NCBI GenBank assembly: GCA_035403785.1
Contig: DAONFW010000005.1
Location: 3,045-67,044 of the forward strand
Length of the DNA stretch: 64,000 bases
Direction: 5' to 3'
From: Minisyncoccota bacterium
GTDB taxonomy: Bacteria; Patescibacteriota; Minisyncoccia; Phycocordibacterales; UBA9973
Part shown: positions 1 through 8,356 of the stretch, piece after piece
How the letters are laid out: every line of letters begins with the position of its first letter
How positions within the stretch are numbered: the first letter of the stretch is position 1
Translations under genes and position numbers: made by a program
The notes under the pieces: generated by a model
Seen by the model: the letters and a program-made list of their open reading frames with translations, nothing else
Database searches by the model: none
What the model was told of the DNA's origin: nothing

Positions 1-456
<456 letters not shown>

Positions 457-523
457 TTATCATATTTTTCCCCATTTTAATAACATATTTAATAACTTTC
501 ACAACTTCCACCATTTTTTCTTT

Positions 524-1939
524 ATGTTAGAATTGCTTTACATGGCAAATAATAATAAAAGAAAAAATGATCTACGTGTTCCACCTCAACACATAGATTC
601 AGAAAAAGCAGTTTTGGGTTCTATCATGTTACGCAAAGACGCAATGCATGAAGTAGAAGATATTTTAAATCCAGATTCTTTTTATGTAGAAAAACATAAA
701 ATAATTTTTAGAGTTATGCTCGAGCTTGCTTCAAAAAACGAACCAATCGACATGCTTTCTGTTTCTACAAAATTGAGTGAGCAAAAATTATTAGAAGCGA
801 TTGGTGGTAATCAGTATCTTGCAGAAATTGTAAACCTCGTGCCATCTTCTACTAACGTAAAATATTATGCTGATATTGTTTTGAAAAAATCTGTTTTGAG
901 AAATTTGATAGAAGCAGCTGATTTTGTTTCTGAATTAGCATTCGAAGAAAGCGACGATCATCTTGATGATATTTTAGATATTGCAGAAAAGAAAATGTTC
1001 AGTGTTGTTTCTTCGCCTAAAAATCAAAAATTTAGAAGTTTGAAAGAAGAATTACCCGAAGCTTTTGAAAGATTAGAAAAACTTCATGAACGCAAAGGTG
1101 AACTTCGTGGAATTCCAACAGGATTTAGAGATCTTGATATGTTGCTTTCTGGTTTGCAAAAATCTGATTTGATAATTCTAGCCGCAAGACCATCTGTCGG
1201 TAAAACAACACTTGCTCTTGATATCGCCAGAATGGCAGCAACACTACACGACAAAGCTGTCGGTATCTTTTCACTCGAAATGTCTTCACAGCAATTAGTA
1301 GACAGGTTGCTTGCCGCAGAATCACGAGTGAACGCTTTTAATTTGCGAACAGGAAAACTTTCAACAGATAAAGAATTTTCACAACTTCGCGACTCTTTGG
1401 ATAAATTATCTAAAGCAAAAATTTATATAGATGACCAGCCTGGAAGCTCTATCGTCCGCATGAAAGCTGTATCAAGAAGATTAAAAGCAGAAAAGGGCTT
1501 GGATTTAATTATCGTAGACTACTTGCAGCTCATGACCACTTCAAAAAATTACGATTCAATGGTGAACCAAGTGACTGAAATTTCAAGATCATTAAAAGGC
1601 TTAGCTAAGGAATTAAACGTGCCGGTTTTGGCTCTTTCACAGCTTTCTCGTGCCGTTGAATCTCGTGGCGGAAAACCAAGACTTTCAGACTTGCGTGACT
1701 CTGGATCTATCGAACAAGACGCAGACGTTGTAATGTTTATTCACAGAGAAGACAAAGGTAAAGACGAGTCAGAACGCACAAATATAGCTGAAATTTTGAT
1801 AGAAAAACACAGAAATGGACCAACGGGAAAAGTTGATTTGTATTTTGATGAAAAAACTACAACATTCTTGAGTTTAGAAAAAAGTAGCGTGAGCGAATTT
1901 GCTCCTTCTAAACCAGAAGACGATTTAGCAAATTTTTAA
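524..1939 (+). CDS. dnaB: Replicative DNA helicase DnaB.
   Basis: A 471-aa ORF with the DnaB N-terminal domain and a RecA-like core. The Walker A motif is AARPSVGKTTLALDIA, followed by LSQLSRAVE and an arginine-finger region. Confidence 0.9.
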   Translation: MLELLYMANNNKRKNDLRVPPQHIDSEKAVLGSIMLRKDAMHEVEDILNPDSFYVEKHKIIFRVMLELASKNEPIDMLSVSTKLSEQKLLEAIGGNQYLAEIVNLVPSSTNVKYYADIVLKKSVLRNLIEAADFVSELAFEESDDHLDDILDIAEKKMFSVVSSPKNQKFRSLKEELPEAFERLEKLHERKGELRGIPTGFRDLDMLLSGLQKSDLIILAARPSVGKTTLALDIARMAATLHDKAVGIFSLEMSSQQLVDRLLAAESRVNAFNLRTGKLSTDKEFSQLRDSLDKLSKAKIYIDDQPGSSIVRMKAVSRRLKAEKGLDLIIVDYLQLMTTSKNYDSMVNQVTEISRSLKGLAKELNVPVLALSQLSRAVESRGGKPRLSDLRDSGSIEQDADVVMFIHREDKGKDESERTNIAEILIEKHRNGPTGKVDLYFDEKTTTFLSLEKSSVSEFAPSKPEDDLANF

Positions 1940-1977
1940 AATTAAAAAGATAAATTAAACAGAAAGAAAAAATTTAC

Positions 1978-2613
1978 ATGGACACGATAGAAAAATTAAC
2001 AGAAATATTTAAAGAGTTTCCTGGCATTGGTGAAAGACAAGCGAAAAGATTTGTTTATTTTTTAATGTATAAAAATCCAAATTATGCAGAAAATTTATCT
2101 AATTTAATTTTAGAATTAAAAAAAGAAGTCGCACAGTGTCCTGAGTGTTTCAGATTTTTCTTGAAATCAGAAAACAAAAACAAAATCTGTGATATCTGTG
2201 TTAATCCAAATATAGAAAATTCTACTTTGATGATTGTTGAAAAAGATTCTGATTTAGAAAGTGTTAGAAAAAGTAGAGTTTATCGCGGAAAATATTTTGT
2301 GCTTGGTGGGCTTGTACCGATAGTAGAGAAAAATACAAAAAGCAGAGTTCGTGTTGAAGAATTAATTAAAAAAATTTCATCCGCCTCTGGCGGGAAAAAA
2401 AATACAGAAAATAATTTAGAAGAAATAATTTTAGCTTTCTCTTTAAATCCACAAGGCGACCACACTGATTCTTACATTCGCGGACAGATTAAAAATATTT
2501 GCGAAGAAAATAATATAAAAATTTCATCACTTGGCCGCGGACTTTCCACCGGCACAGAACTGGAATATTCAGACAATGAAACCCTAAAGAACGCACTGAA
2601 AAATAGGCAATAA
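1978..2613 (+). CDS. recR: Recombination protein RecR.
   Basis: A 211-aa ORF. The N-terminal HhH motif is FPGIGERQAKRF, the zinc finger is CPECFRF...CDIC, and a Toprim-like segment follows. Confidence 0.85.
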   Translation: MDTIEKLTEIFKEFPGIGERQAKRFVYFLMYKNPNYAENLSNLILELKKEVAQCPECFRFFLKSENKNKICDICVNPNIENSTLMIVEKDSDLESVRKSRVYRGKYFVLGGLVPIVEKNTKSRVRVEELIKKISSASGGKKNTENNLEEIILAFSLNPQGDHTDSYIRGQIKNICEENNIKISSLGRGLSTGTELEYSDNETLKNALKNRQ

Positions 2614-2624
2614 AAATACAAATA

Positions 2625-2653
2625 AAAAAAAACCGCTCTCGCGGGTTTTTTTA
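2625..2653. terminator. Bidirectional intrinsic terminator between the convergent recR and rplU genes.
   Basis: An A-run, then the hairpin ccgc-tctc-gcgg, then a T-run (aaaaaaaaaccgctctcgcgggttttttt). Confidence 0.5.
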
Positions 2654-2654
2654 T

Positions 2655-2972
2655 TTATTTTATAGAAAGTATTTTTACTTTGAAGAATGGCTGTCTGTGT
2701 CCGTTTCTCTTCAAGTATCTTGATTTCTGTTTATATTTTACAACTAGCACTTTTCTTGTTCTGCCGATTTCTACTATCTCTGCTTCTACTTTTGCGCCAG
2801 AAATAACTGGAGTTCCAATTGTTGTATCTTTCCCATCATCAACTAATAAAACTTGATCGAAAACAACTTTGTCTCCTACTTTATAATCGCCTTTAATTTT
2901 CTCAATACGAACAAGGTCTCCTTTTGAGACTTTGTACTGTTTTCCTCCTGTTTTTATTACTGCGAATTCCAT
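2655..2972 (-). CDS. rplU: 50S ribosomal protein L21.
   Basis: A 105-aa ORF starting MEFAVIKTGGKQYKVSKGDLVRIEKI, which is the L21 family signature. Confidence 0.85.
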   Translation of the reverse strand: MEFAVIKTGGKQYKVSKGDLVRIEKIKGDYKVGDKVVFDQVLLVDDGKDTTIGTPVISGAKVEAEIVEIGRTRKVLVVKYKQKSRYLKRNGHRQPFFKVKILSIK

Positions 2973-2993
2973 AAAGACTATATTATCAAAATT

Positions 2994-3022
2994 TTGAGAA
3001 AATGCAAGTATTTTGCTATAAT
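2994..3022 (+). promoter_or_regulatory. Sigma-70-like promoter (TTGAGA-N17-TATAAT) placed for a leaderless start at ATG 3029.
   Basis: The -35 is ttgaga at 2994-2999 and the -10 is tataat at 3017-3022. The second in-frame ATG at 3029 lies 7 nt downstream of the -10. Confidence 0.4.
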
Positions 3023-3028
3023 TTCTCT

Positions 3029-4054
3029 ATGCAAACAAAAAGTTTAGAAAGGTATTTCTTTTTCGGCCTTTTATTATTAACCTTAATTTTCACGTTTTTT
3101 ATATTTAAACCGTTTTGGATAGTTATAGTATTGGGAGCTTCTTTTTCAGTTGTTTTAGCTCCTATACACAAATGGCTTTTACAGGAAAAAGTTCCAAACT
3201 GGCTATCTGCTTTTCTTACTACTTTATTTTTCTTTTTAATAATCTGCTTACCGTTGTTCGGCTTAGGAACTTTAATTTTTGATCAATCCCAAGATCTTTA
3301 TTACCAAATAATAAGCGGCCAAAAAATTATACCAACGGCTGATTCTATAAACAGTTCGATAAACTCTTACTTGCCTCACGGTTTAAGTTTTGACATAAAC
3401 GAAAAAGCTTCTAGCTTTGTTACTTTTATAACAAATAACGTGTCAAAAATATTCAGTACTACCCTTTCAACTTTATTCTCTTTTATTTTAATTCTTTTGA
3501 GTATTTTTTATTTCTTAAAAGATGGAGAAAGATGGGAAAGAGCTTTGGTTAAATTAAGTCCACTTTCTGATTCTGACGACAAAAAAATAATTCACAGATT
3601 ATCTCAAACAATTAACGGAGTGATAAAAGGTTATATTCTAATTGCTCTTATTCAAGGACTTTTGATGGGACTAGGACTTTATTTCTTCGGTGTGCCAAAT
3701 CCAGCATTTTGGGGAGTTGTCGCAGCAATAGCATCTTTGATTCCATCAATCGGAACGGCGCTTATTTCTGTCCCAGCAGTATTATATTTGTTCTTAGGAG
3801 GACATTTAATTCCAGCAATAGGTTTAGCAATTTGGGCAGCAGTATTAGTTGGTCTAATAGATAACTTACTAAGTCCATATATCGTAAGCAGTAAAATAAA
3901 AATTCCTGCCTTCTTAATTCTATTTTCAGTACTAGGTGGCGTTGTTCTGCTAGGTCCTGTGGGAATTTTGATTGGTCCACTTGCTATGAGTTTGTTATTT
4001 ACTCTAATTTCTATTTACCGAAACGAATTTAAAAATGATATTTTAATCAAATAA
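3029..4054 (+). CDS. AI-2E / PerM-like (UPF0118) family membrane transporter. The ORF track starts it at 3002, but that ATG lies inside the putative promoter, so 3029 is preferred.
   Basis: A protein of about 340 aa with multiple transmembrane segments. The length and hydrophobicity pattern fit the AI-2E transporter family. The start was chosen from the promoter geometry. Confidence 0.45.
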   Translation: MQTKSLERYFFFGLLLLTLIFTFFIFKPFWIVIVLGASFSVVLAPIHKWLLQEKVPNWLSAFLTTLFFFLIICLPLFGLGTLIFDQSQDLYYQIISGQKIIPTADSINSSINSYLPHGLSFDINEKASSFVTFITNNVSKIFSTTLSTLFSFILILLSIFYFLKDGERWERALVKLSPLSDSDDKKIIHRLSQTINGVIKGYILIALIQGLLMGLGLYFFGVPNPAFWGVVAAIASLIPSIGTALISVPAVLYLFLGGHLIPAIGLAIWAAVLVGLIDNLLSPYIVSSKIKIPAFLILFSVLGGVVLLGPVGILIGPLAMSLLFTLISIYRNEFKNDILIK

Positions 4055-4065
4055 TTTAACTAAAA

Positions 4066-5445
4066 ATGCCCTTAAAATTTTACAACACACTGACTAGAAA
4101 AATAGAAGAATTCACGCCAATAAAACCTGGCGAAGTAAAAATGTATTCTTGCGGCCCAACTGTATATAATTACGCGCATATTGGAAATTTACGCGCTTAT
4201 GTTTTTGCTGACATTTTACGCAAGACTTTAAAATATAATAATTTAAAAGTCACGCAAATCATGAACATTACAGACATCGGGCATCTTTCTAGCGACGCAG
4301 ATTCTGGTGATGACAAAATGACAAAAGGCCTACTGCGCGAAGGAAAAGAATTGAATCTAAAAAACATGCGCGAGCTTGCAGAATTTTATGCTGAAAAGTT
4401 TAAAGAAGACATAACTACGCTAAATATAAATTTACCAGACGGAATGTACTACGCGAGTGATTATGTGCAAGAAGATATTGATTTGATAAAAAAATTAGAA
4501 GAGAAAAATTTTACTTATAAAACTTCTGACGGAATTTATTTTGATACTGCAAAAATGCCAGACTATGGCGTACTCTGGAGTGGTAAAAGAGTTCATTCAG
4601 AAGAAGACTCAAGAATTGCAAAAAATGCTGAGAAAAAAAATCCAGAAGATTTTGCGCTTTGGAAATTTAATAATCAAATCGGCTTTGAATCCCCATTTGG
4701 AAAAGGCTTCCCTGGTTGGCACATAGAATGTTCTGCCATGAGTATGAAATTTCTTGGCGAGCAATTCGATATTCACACGGGTGGCGTAGATCATATTTCA
4801 ATTCATCACACAAATGAAATAGCTCAATCAGAATGCGCAACTGGAAAAAAACCATTTGTTAAATTCTGGCTGCATAATGAATTCGTAGATATCGGCGGTG
4901 CAAAAATGGCAAAATCTGACGATAATTTCTTAAAATTAAGTAGTTTAAAAGAAAAAAACTTTAACCCGATCGCCTATCGATTTTGGCTTTTAATGGCTAA
5001 TTACCGTACAAAAGTTAATTTCAATTGGGAAGCCTTAGAGGGCGCAGAAACGGCTTTAAAACGTCTTTTTAGGCTTTATATGAGCCTTGGAGAAGCTATT
5101 GGAAACATAAATACTGAATATCAAAAAAAGTTTAAAGAATATATATCAGATGATTTAGACACACCAAAAGCTCTGGTTTTGCTTTGGGATTTAATAAAGG
5201 ATGATAACATTTCTAATCCAGACAAAAAAGCTACTATTCTAGATTTTGATAAAGTTCTAGGCTTAGGTTTTGCTAATTTAAAAGAAGAAAAAATTCCAGA
5301 AGAAATTTTGAAATTAGTAGCAGAGCGTGAAGAAGCTCGCAAAAATAAAGATTTTAAAAAATCAGACGAGTTAAGAGACAAAATAATTTTACTTGGTTAT
5401 GAAATAAAAGATACTCCTGAGGGATACAAAATAGAAAAAATATAA
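4066..5445 (+). CDS. cysS: Cysteinyl-tRNA synthetase.
   Basis: A 459-aa ORF with the HIGH motif in CGPTVYNYAHIGNLRAY and the KMSKS motif as KMAKSDDN. Confidence 0.9.
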   Translation: MPLKFYNTLTRKIEEFTPIKPGEVKMYSCGPTVYNYAHIGNLRAYVFADILRKTLKYNNLKVTQIMNITDIGHLSSDADSGDDKMTKGLLREGKELNLKNMRELAEFYAEKFKEDITTLNINLPDGMYYASDYVQEDIDLIKKLEEKNFTYKTSDGIYFDTAKMPDYGVLWSGKRVHSEEDSRIAKNAEKKNPEDFALWKFNNQIGFESPFGKGFPGWHIECSAMSMKFLGEQFDIHTGGVDHISIHHTNEIAQSECATGKKPFVKFWLHNEFVDIGGAKMAKSDDNFLKLSSLKEKNFNPIAYRFWLLMANYRTKVNFNWEALEGAETALKRLFRLYMSLGEAIGNINTEYQKKFKEYISDDLDTPKALVLLWDLIKDDNISNPDKKATILDFDKVLGLGFANLKEEKIPEEILKLVAEREEARKNKDFKKSDELRDKIILLGYEIKDTPEGYKIEKI

Positions 5446-5451
5446 AAATTT

Positions 5452-6537
5452 TTACTCCCCTAATTTCTTCACCAGATTATAACTATTCGCATGACTAAAA
5501 TGTCCAAAATAAGACTTTATCATAGGAATACTATCTATAGAAAAAAGACCGTCTTTATTATTTCTTTGTTCATATAACTTTTTCTTGAATCTCTTTACAA
5601 CTTTCTGCCTTACAAGTGTATGCGTAGTTTTTATATAATATCCCAAAAAATCTACTCCCATCCTAGTTTCTTGTAACACAATCTTCCTCGGGTGAATTTT
5701 TAAACTAAGATTTATTTGTAAAAAATTATCTATAATTGGAATAACAGACTTAAGTTTATCTTTTGAATTATCAATAATAATAAAGTCATCTACATATCTT
5801 ATATAATTATCATATCCGAGATTTTTAGTTACAAATTGATCAAGTTCATTAAGATATATATTTGCAAAAAATTGAGAAGTTAAATTGCCTATTGGCAAAC
5901 CTAATTCCCCAGAATAAAATAGTGATTTACTTTTAGGAATTGAGTTTTTTAAAATAGTCTTTCCTTTATAAACAAAATTCTTCGTTGGATTGTTAAAAAT
6001 AATCATCTTTATTAACCATAAAATATCAGACTCCCACTCTATGGAATTTTCTTTTATAGAACTACTACATTTTATTTTCTCTTCCAAAAGATTATATAAA
6101 ATACTTTTATTAATAGATCGAAAGAAACTCTGTATATCTAATTTTAAATACCACTGTTTACTATTCCATAATTTTGTTTGTCTCATATTCTCTCGAAGTT
6201 TATTCACAGCACTGTGAGTTCCCTTATCTATTCTATTAGCATATGAATCAGAAATAAAATCAGAATCAAAAATATTATATAGTTCTTTATATACTAAATG
6301 GTGTACTATTCTATCTCTAAAATCAGCTGCGAATATTTCTCGAGCTGTTGGAACAGTTGTTATAAAATAAATATATCTAGATATTTTATATTGTCTTGTT
6401 TTTAAATCATTTAAAAGTTTCAACAAATTTTTTTCTCTATCAATTTCAAAAGTTAAAGCATTGTGAGTATTCTTTTTACCTTTTTTACATTCATTATAAG
6501 CAACATAAAGTTTTTCTAGTGTAAAAATAGAAGACAT
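5452..6537 (-). CDS. Reverse transcriptase of a diversity-generating retroelement (DGR).
   Basis: A 361-aa ORF with three hallmark motifs: FITTVPTAREIFAADFRDRIVHHLV (the R.I.AA.FRDRVV motif of DGR reverse transcriptases), LPIGNLTSQFFANIYLNELD (an SQ-type motif 4, not the SP of group II introns) and the YVDDFIIID catalytic box. The gene lies immediately 3' of the template repeat on the same strand. Confidence 0.8.
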   Translation of the reverse strand: MSSIFTLEKLYVAYNECKKGKKNTHNALTFEIDREKNLLKLLNDLKTRQYKISRYIYFITTVPTAREIFAADFRDRIVHHLVYKELYNIFDSDFISDSYANRIDKGTHSAVNKLRENMRQTKLWNSKQWYLKLDIQSFFRSINKSILYNLLEEKIKCSSSIKENSIEWESDILWLIKMIIFNNPTKNFVYKGKTILKNSIPKSKSLFYSGELGLPIGNLTSQFFANIYLNELDQFVTKNLGYDNYIRYVDDFIIIDNSKDKLKSVIPIIDNFLQINLSLKIHPRKIVLQETRMGVDFLGYYIKTTHTLVRQKVVKRFKKKLYEQRNNKDGLFSIDSIPMIKSYFGHFSHANSYNLVKKLGE

Positions 6538-6567
6538 AAAATAAAACGAGGGCTAGAGGTGGGAGTG

Positions 6568-6701
6568 CTTGGACGCAACGAATATTATTGTTGTTGTTCT
6601 TATTGTTGTTGTTCGTGTTGCCATTCGACAAATTGACTTTCCATGCATTGTTAGCATTGTTCGAATTGGTAGTAGCGGACCAATAATTGCGGTCAACTCT
6701 T
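6568..6701 (-). repeat. DGR template repeat (TR).
   Basis: A 134-bp copy of 7344-7477. On the minus strand it reads ...AAC AAC AAC AAT AAG AAC AAC AAC AAT AAT ATT CGT TGC GTC CAA G. Of 23 differences from the variable repeat, 22 fall where this copy has A on the minus strand. Confidence 0.8.
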
Positions 6702-6834
6702 CAACATTAAAAGTTTCTGACTATCCATAAATCATATACATCTATCCTCTACCTTAAAATAGAGAGCAGAAACTGAATTCCCAAATCCACACTTTTTCAT
6801 TCGCAAATGAAAAATTCTGGGGAGGTATTATTGT

Positions 6835-7188
6835 TTAAATAACACTTTTCCTCCAGCCCTCGGCTTGCTTTGAAAGAGCCACAGATTTCTCTACTAAATA
6901 CAGATAGCTTTTCTCTCCACCCAATTGTTTCAATTCGTTCGCAATTCTTAAATTTATAATTATAGATTCAGACAACCATATTAGATTATCAAGTAATTCT
7001 TTTCTGATTTTTAATTCTCTATTATTATTTATTTCAAGAATAAGTCTTATTATTTCTATATTTGATTTTATTATTTCCCCACCAAGTAAATATTTATATT
7101 GCTTTCCAAATTTTGGTATCCTTTCGTACATTTCTCGAAGTAAACTAAATGCTGTGTTGTATATCGGCAAGTGAGAATATTGAGCCAT
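6835..7188 (-). CDS. avd: DGR accessory variability determinant (Avd)-like four-helix-bundle protein.
   Basis: A 117-aa basic helical protein (…LLREMYERIPKFGKQYKYLLGGEIIKSNIEIIRLILEI…). It sits between the target gene and TR-RT, as in canonical DGR cassettes, and its size and pattern fit the four-helix-bundle family that includes bAvd. Confidence 0.55.
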   Translation of the reverse strand: MAQYSHLPIYNTAFSLLREMYERIPKFGKQYKYLLGGEIIKSNIEIIRLILEINNNRELKIRKELLDNLIWLSESIIINLRIANELKQLGGEKSYLYLVEKSVALSKQAEGWRKSVI

Positions 7189-7262
7189 TTTATATTAAAA
7201 TTTTATTTTAATTAATAATATTAAACTAAACTATCCAAATCTAATTTAATCTTTAAAATTCA

Positions 7263-7295
7263 CTTCCCTTTTTCTCCTATGGTAGAAAAAGGGAA
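7263..7295 (-). promoter_or_regulatory. Hairpin with an 11-bp stem downstream of the DGR variable repeat and target gene. It could be a terminator or a cruciform that assists retrohoming.
   Basis: cttccctttttc-tcctatggtag-aaaaagggaag. It lies about 50 nt 3' of the variable repeat end on the minus strand. Confidence 0.4.
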
Positions 7296-7338
7296 GGAAT
7301 TCCCAAAGATTCAAATAACCAAATAACCAAATCACAAA

Positions 7339-8295
7339 CTATTCTTGGACGCAACGAATAACCCTGCTGTAGTACTTACCGTTGCTGCCCGTGTAGCCAT
7401 GCGACAAATAGACTTCCCATGCATCGTTAGCATTGTACGAACTGGTAGTAGCGGACCAATAAAGGCGGCCAACTCCTTGGGGTTCCAAGTTACCATACGA
7501 TCCATCAATGTAAGCTTGCATAAGTTGCTTCTGATGAGGGAGTGACCACCCAGCATGAGAAGAACAAAGCTCGTAAGCTGTTTTACCATTATTATCTGAT
7601 TTTGAATTATCCCAAGAGTAGTATGTATCTGTGTTCCAATAAGCACAGTCACCATCAGCAACACATCCTGCTGTTAGAGTTGCTGAGTTGGTTTCAGTAT
7701 CCCAAGATGCCCCACCGAGTCCAGTAAGAGGATAACTCCAAACTAAACCGGTAGCTTCGTCTTTTGCATTTGCTCCTGCATCACCTGTTCCACAATAATT
7801 ATTTCCAAGATTACAAGTTATCCAGGTAGTTTCATATCTACCTGCTGGTGGAGTTTGAGCTAGATTACCAGTTGTATCATAGTTGGCATCATCTATTCCT
7901 CCTTGTGCTTGAGTTCCTCCAGGAAATTCACTGCCACCAGGACAAGCTGCACCAATAGTACAAGAACCGTTAAACATATTAGATAAATCAACACCACCCA
8001 CTGAAGCTAGTGCCGTCTCCACCGCTTCATAAACTTGAGTAAGAGTTACTCCAGTTTCAGAAAGAGCAGGGGTTGTTTCTATGGTTCCACTCCCTTCAGT
8101 GGCAGGGGTGCCACTAGTTGCTAAATCATAAATATCTTGGAGACTGTACATAGTATCAGCTACAGGACCGGGTGGTACAAGTTTAGATGCAGCATAGGTT
8201 ACCGTTACTCCCACTAATACAGCAATCACGAGATATGGAATATATTTAATCCCGAACGAAATTTTGTTTTTTAAGATTGTTTTAATTTTATTCAT
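7339..8295 (-). CDS. DGR target (variable) protein. It has a signal or anchor at the N-terminus and a C-terminal DUF1566 / FGE-sulfatase-like C-type-lectin-fold domain that carries the variable repeat.
   Basis: A 318-aa ORF with an N-terminal hydrophobic segment (YIPYLVIAVLVGVTV) and a Thr/Gly-rich middle. The C-terminus reads …WSLPHQKQLMQAYIDGSYGNLE…WSATTSSYNANDAWEVYLSHGYTGSNGKYYSRVIRCVQE*. The last 44 codons coincide with the variable repeat. Confidence 0.75.
   Translation of the reverse strand: MNKIKTILKNKISFGIKYIPYLVIAVLVGVTVTYAASKLVPPGPVADTMYSLQDIYDLATSGTPATEGSGTIETTPALSETGVTLTQVYEAVETALASVGGVDLSNMFNGSCTIGAACPGGSEFPGGTQAQGGIDDANYDTTGNLAQTPPAGRYETTWITCNLGNNYCGTGDAGANAKDEATGLVWSYPLTGLGGASWDTETNSATLTAGCVADGDCAYWNTDTYYSWDNSKSDNNGKTAYELCSSHAGWSLPHQKQLMQAYIDGSYGNLEPQGVGRLYWSATTSSYNANDAWEVYLSHGYTGSNGKYYSRVIRCVQE
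7344..7477 (-). repeat. DGR variable repeat (VR), which forms the 3' end of the target gene.
   Basis: A 134-bp near-copy of the template repeat. All mismatches except one lie at template-adenine positions, and the repeat ends exactly at the stop codon at 7339-7341. Confidence 0.8.
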
Positions 8296-8325
8296 ATAAT
8301 ATATTAATTAATTTTTAATAATTTA

Positions 8326-8353
8326 ATCCCGTTTGTTAAATTTCTAACGGGAT
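8326..8353 (-). repeat. Minimal copy of the 'atcccgtt…aacgggat' palindromic element. It forms a hairpin downstream of gene 8357-8977 and upstream of the DGR target gene.
   Basis: atcccgtt-tgttaaatttct-aacgggat on the plus strand. The minus strand reads atcccgttagaaat ttaac aaacgggat. The same half-sites occur at 53163/53429 and 59426/59503. Confidence 0.5.
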
Positions 8354-8356
8354 AAG

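Noticed and set aside
6568-7477. TR/VR pair as an ordinary segmental duplication, IS terminal repeat or CRISPR-like repeat.
   Set aside because: There are only two copies. One copy lies inside a gene end and the other next to an RT, and the differences are confined to A positions. No spacer-repeat periodicity appears anywhere in the window.
7332-7664. ORFs 7332-7664 (minus) and 7345-7545 (plus) overlapping the DGR target gene and the VR.
   Set aside because: They lie in other frames of a clearly coding gene and are frame artefacts of the six-frame track.
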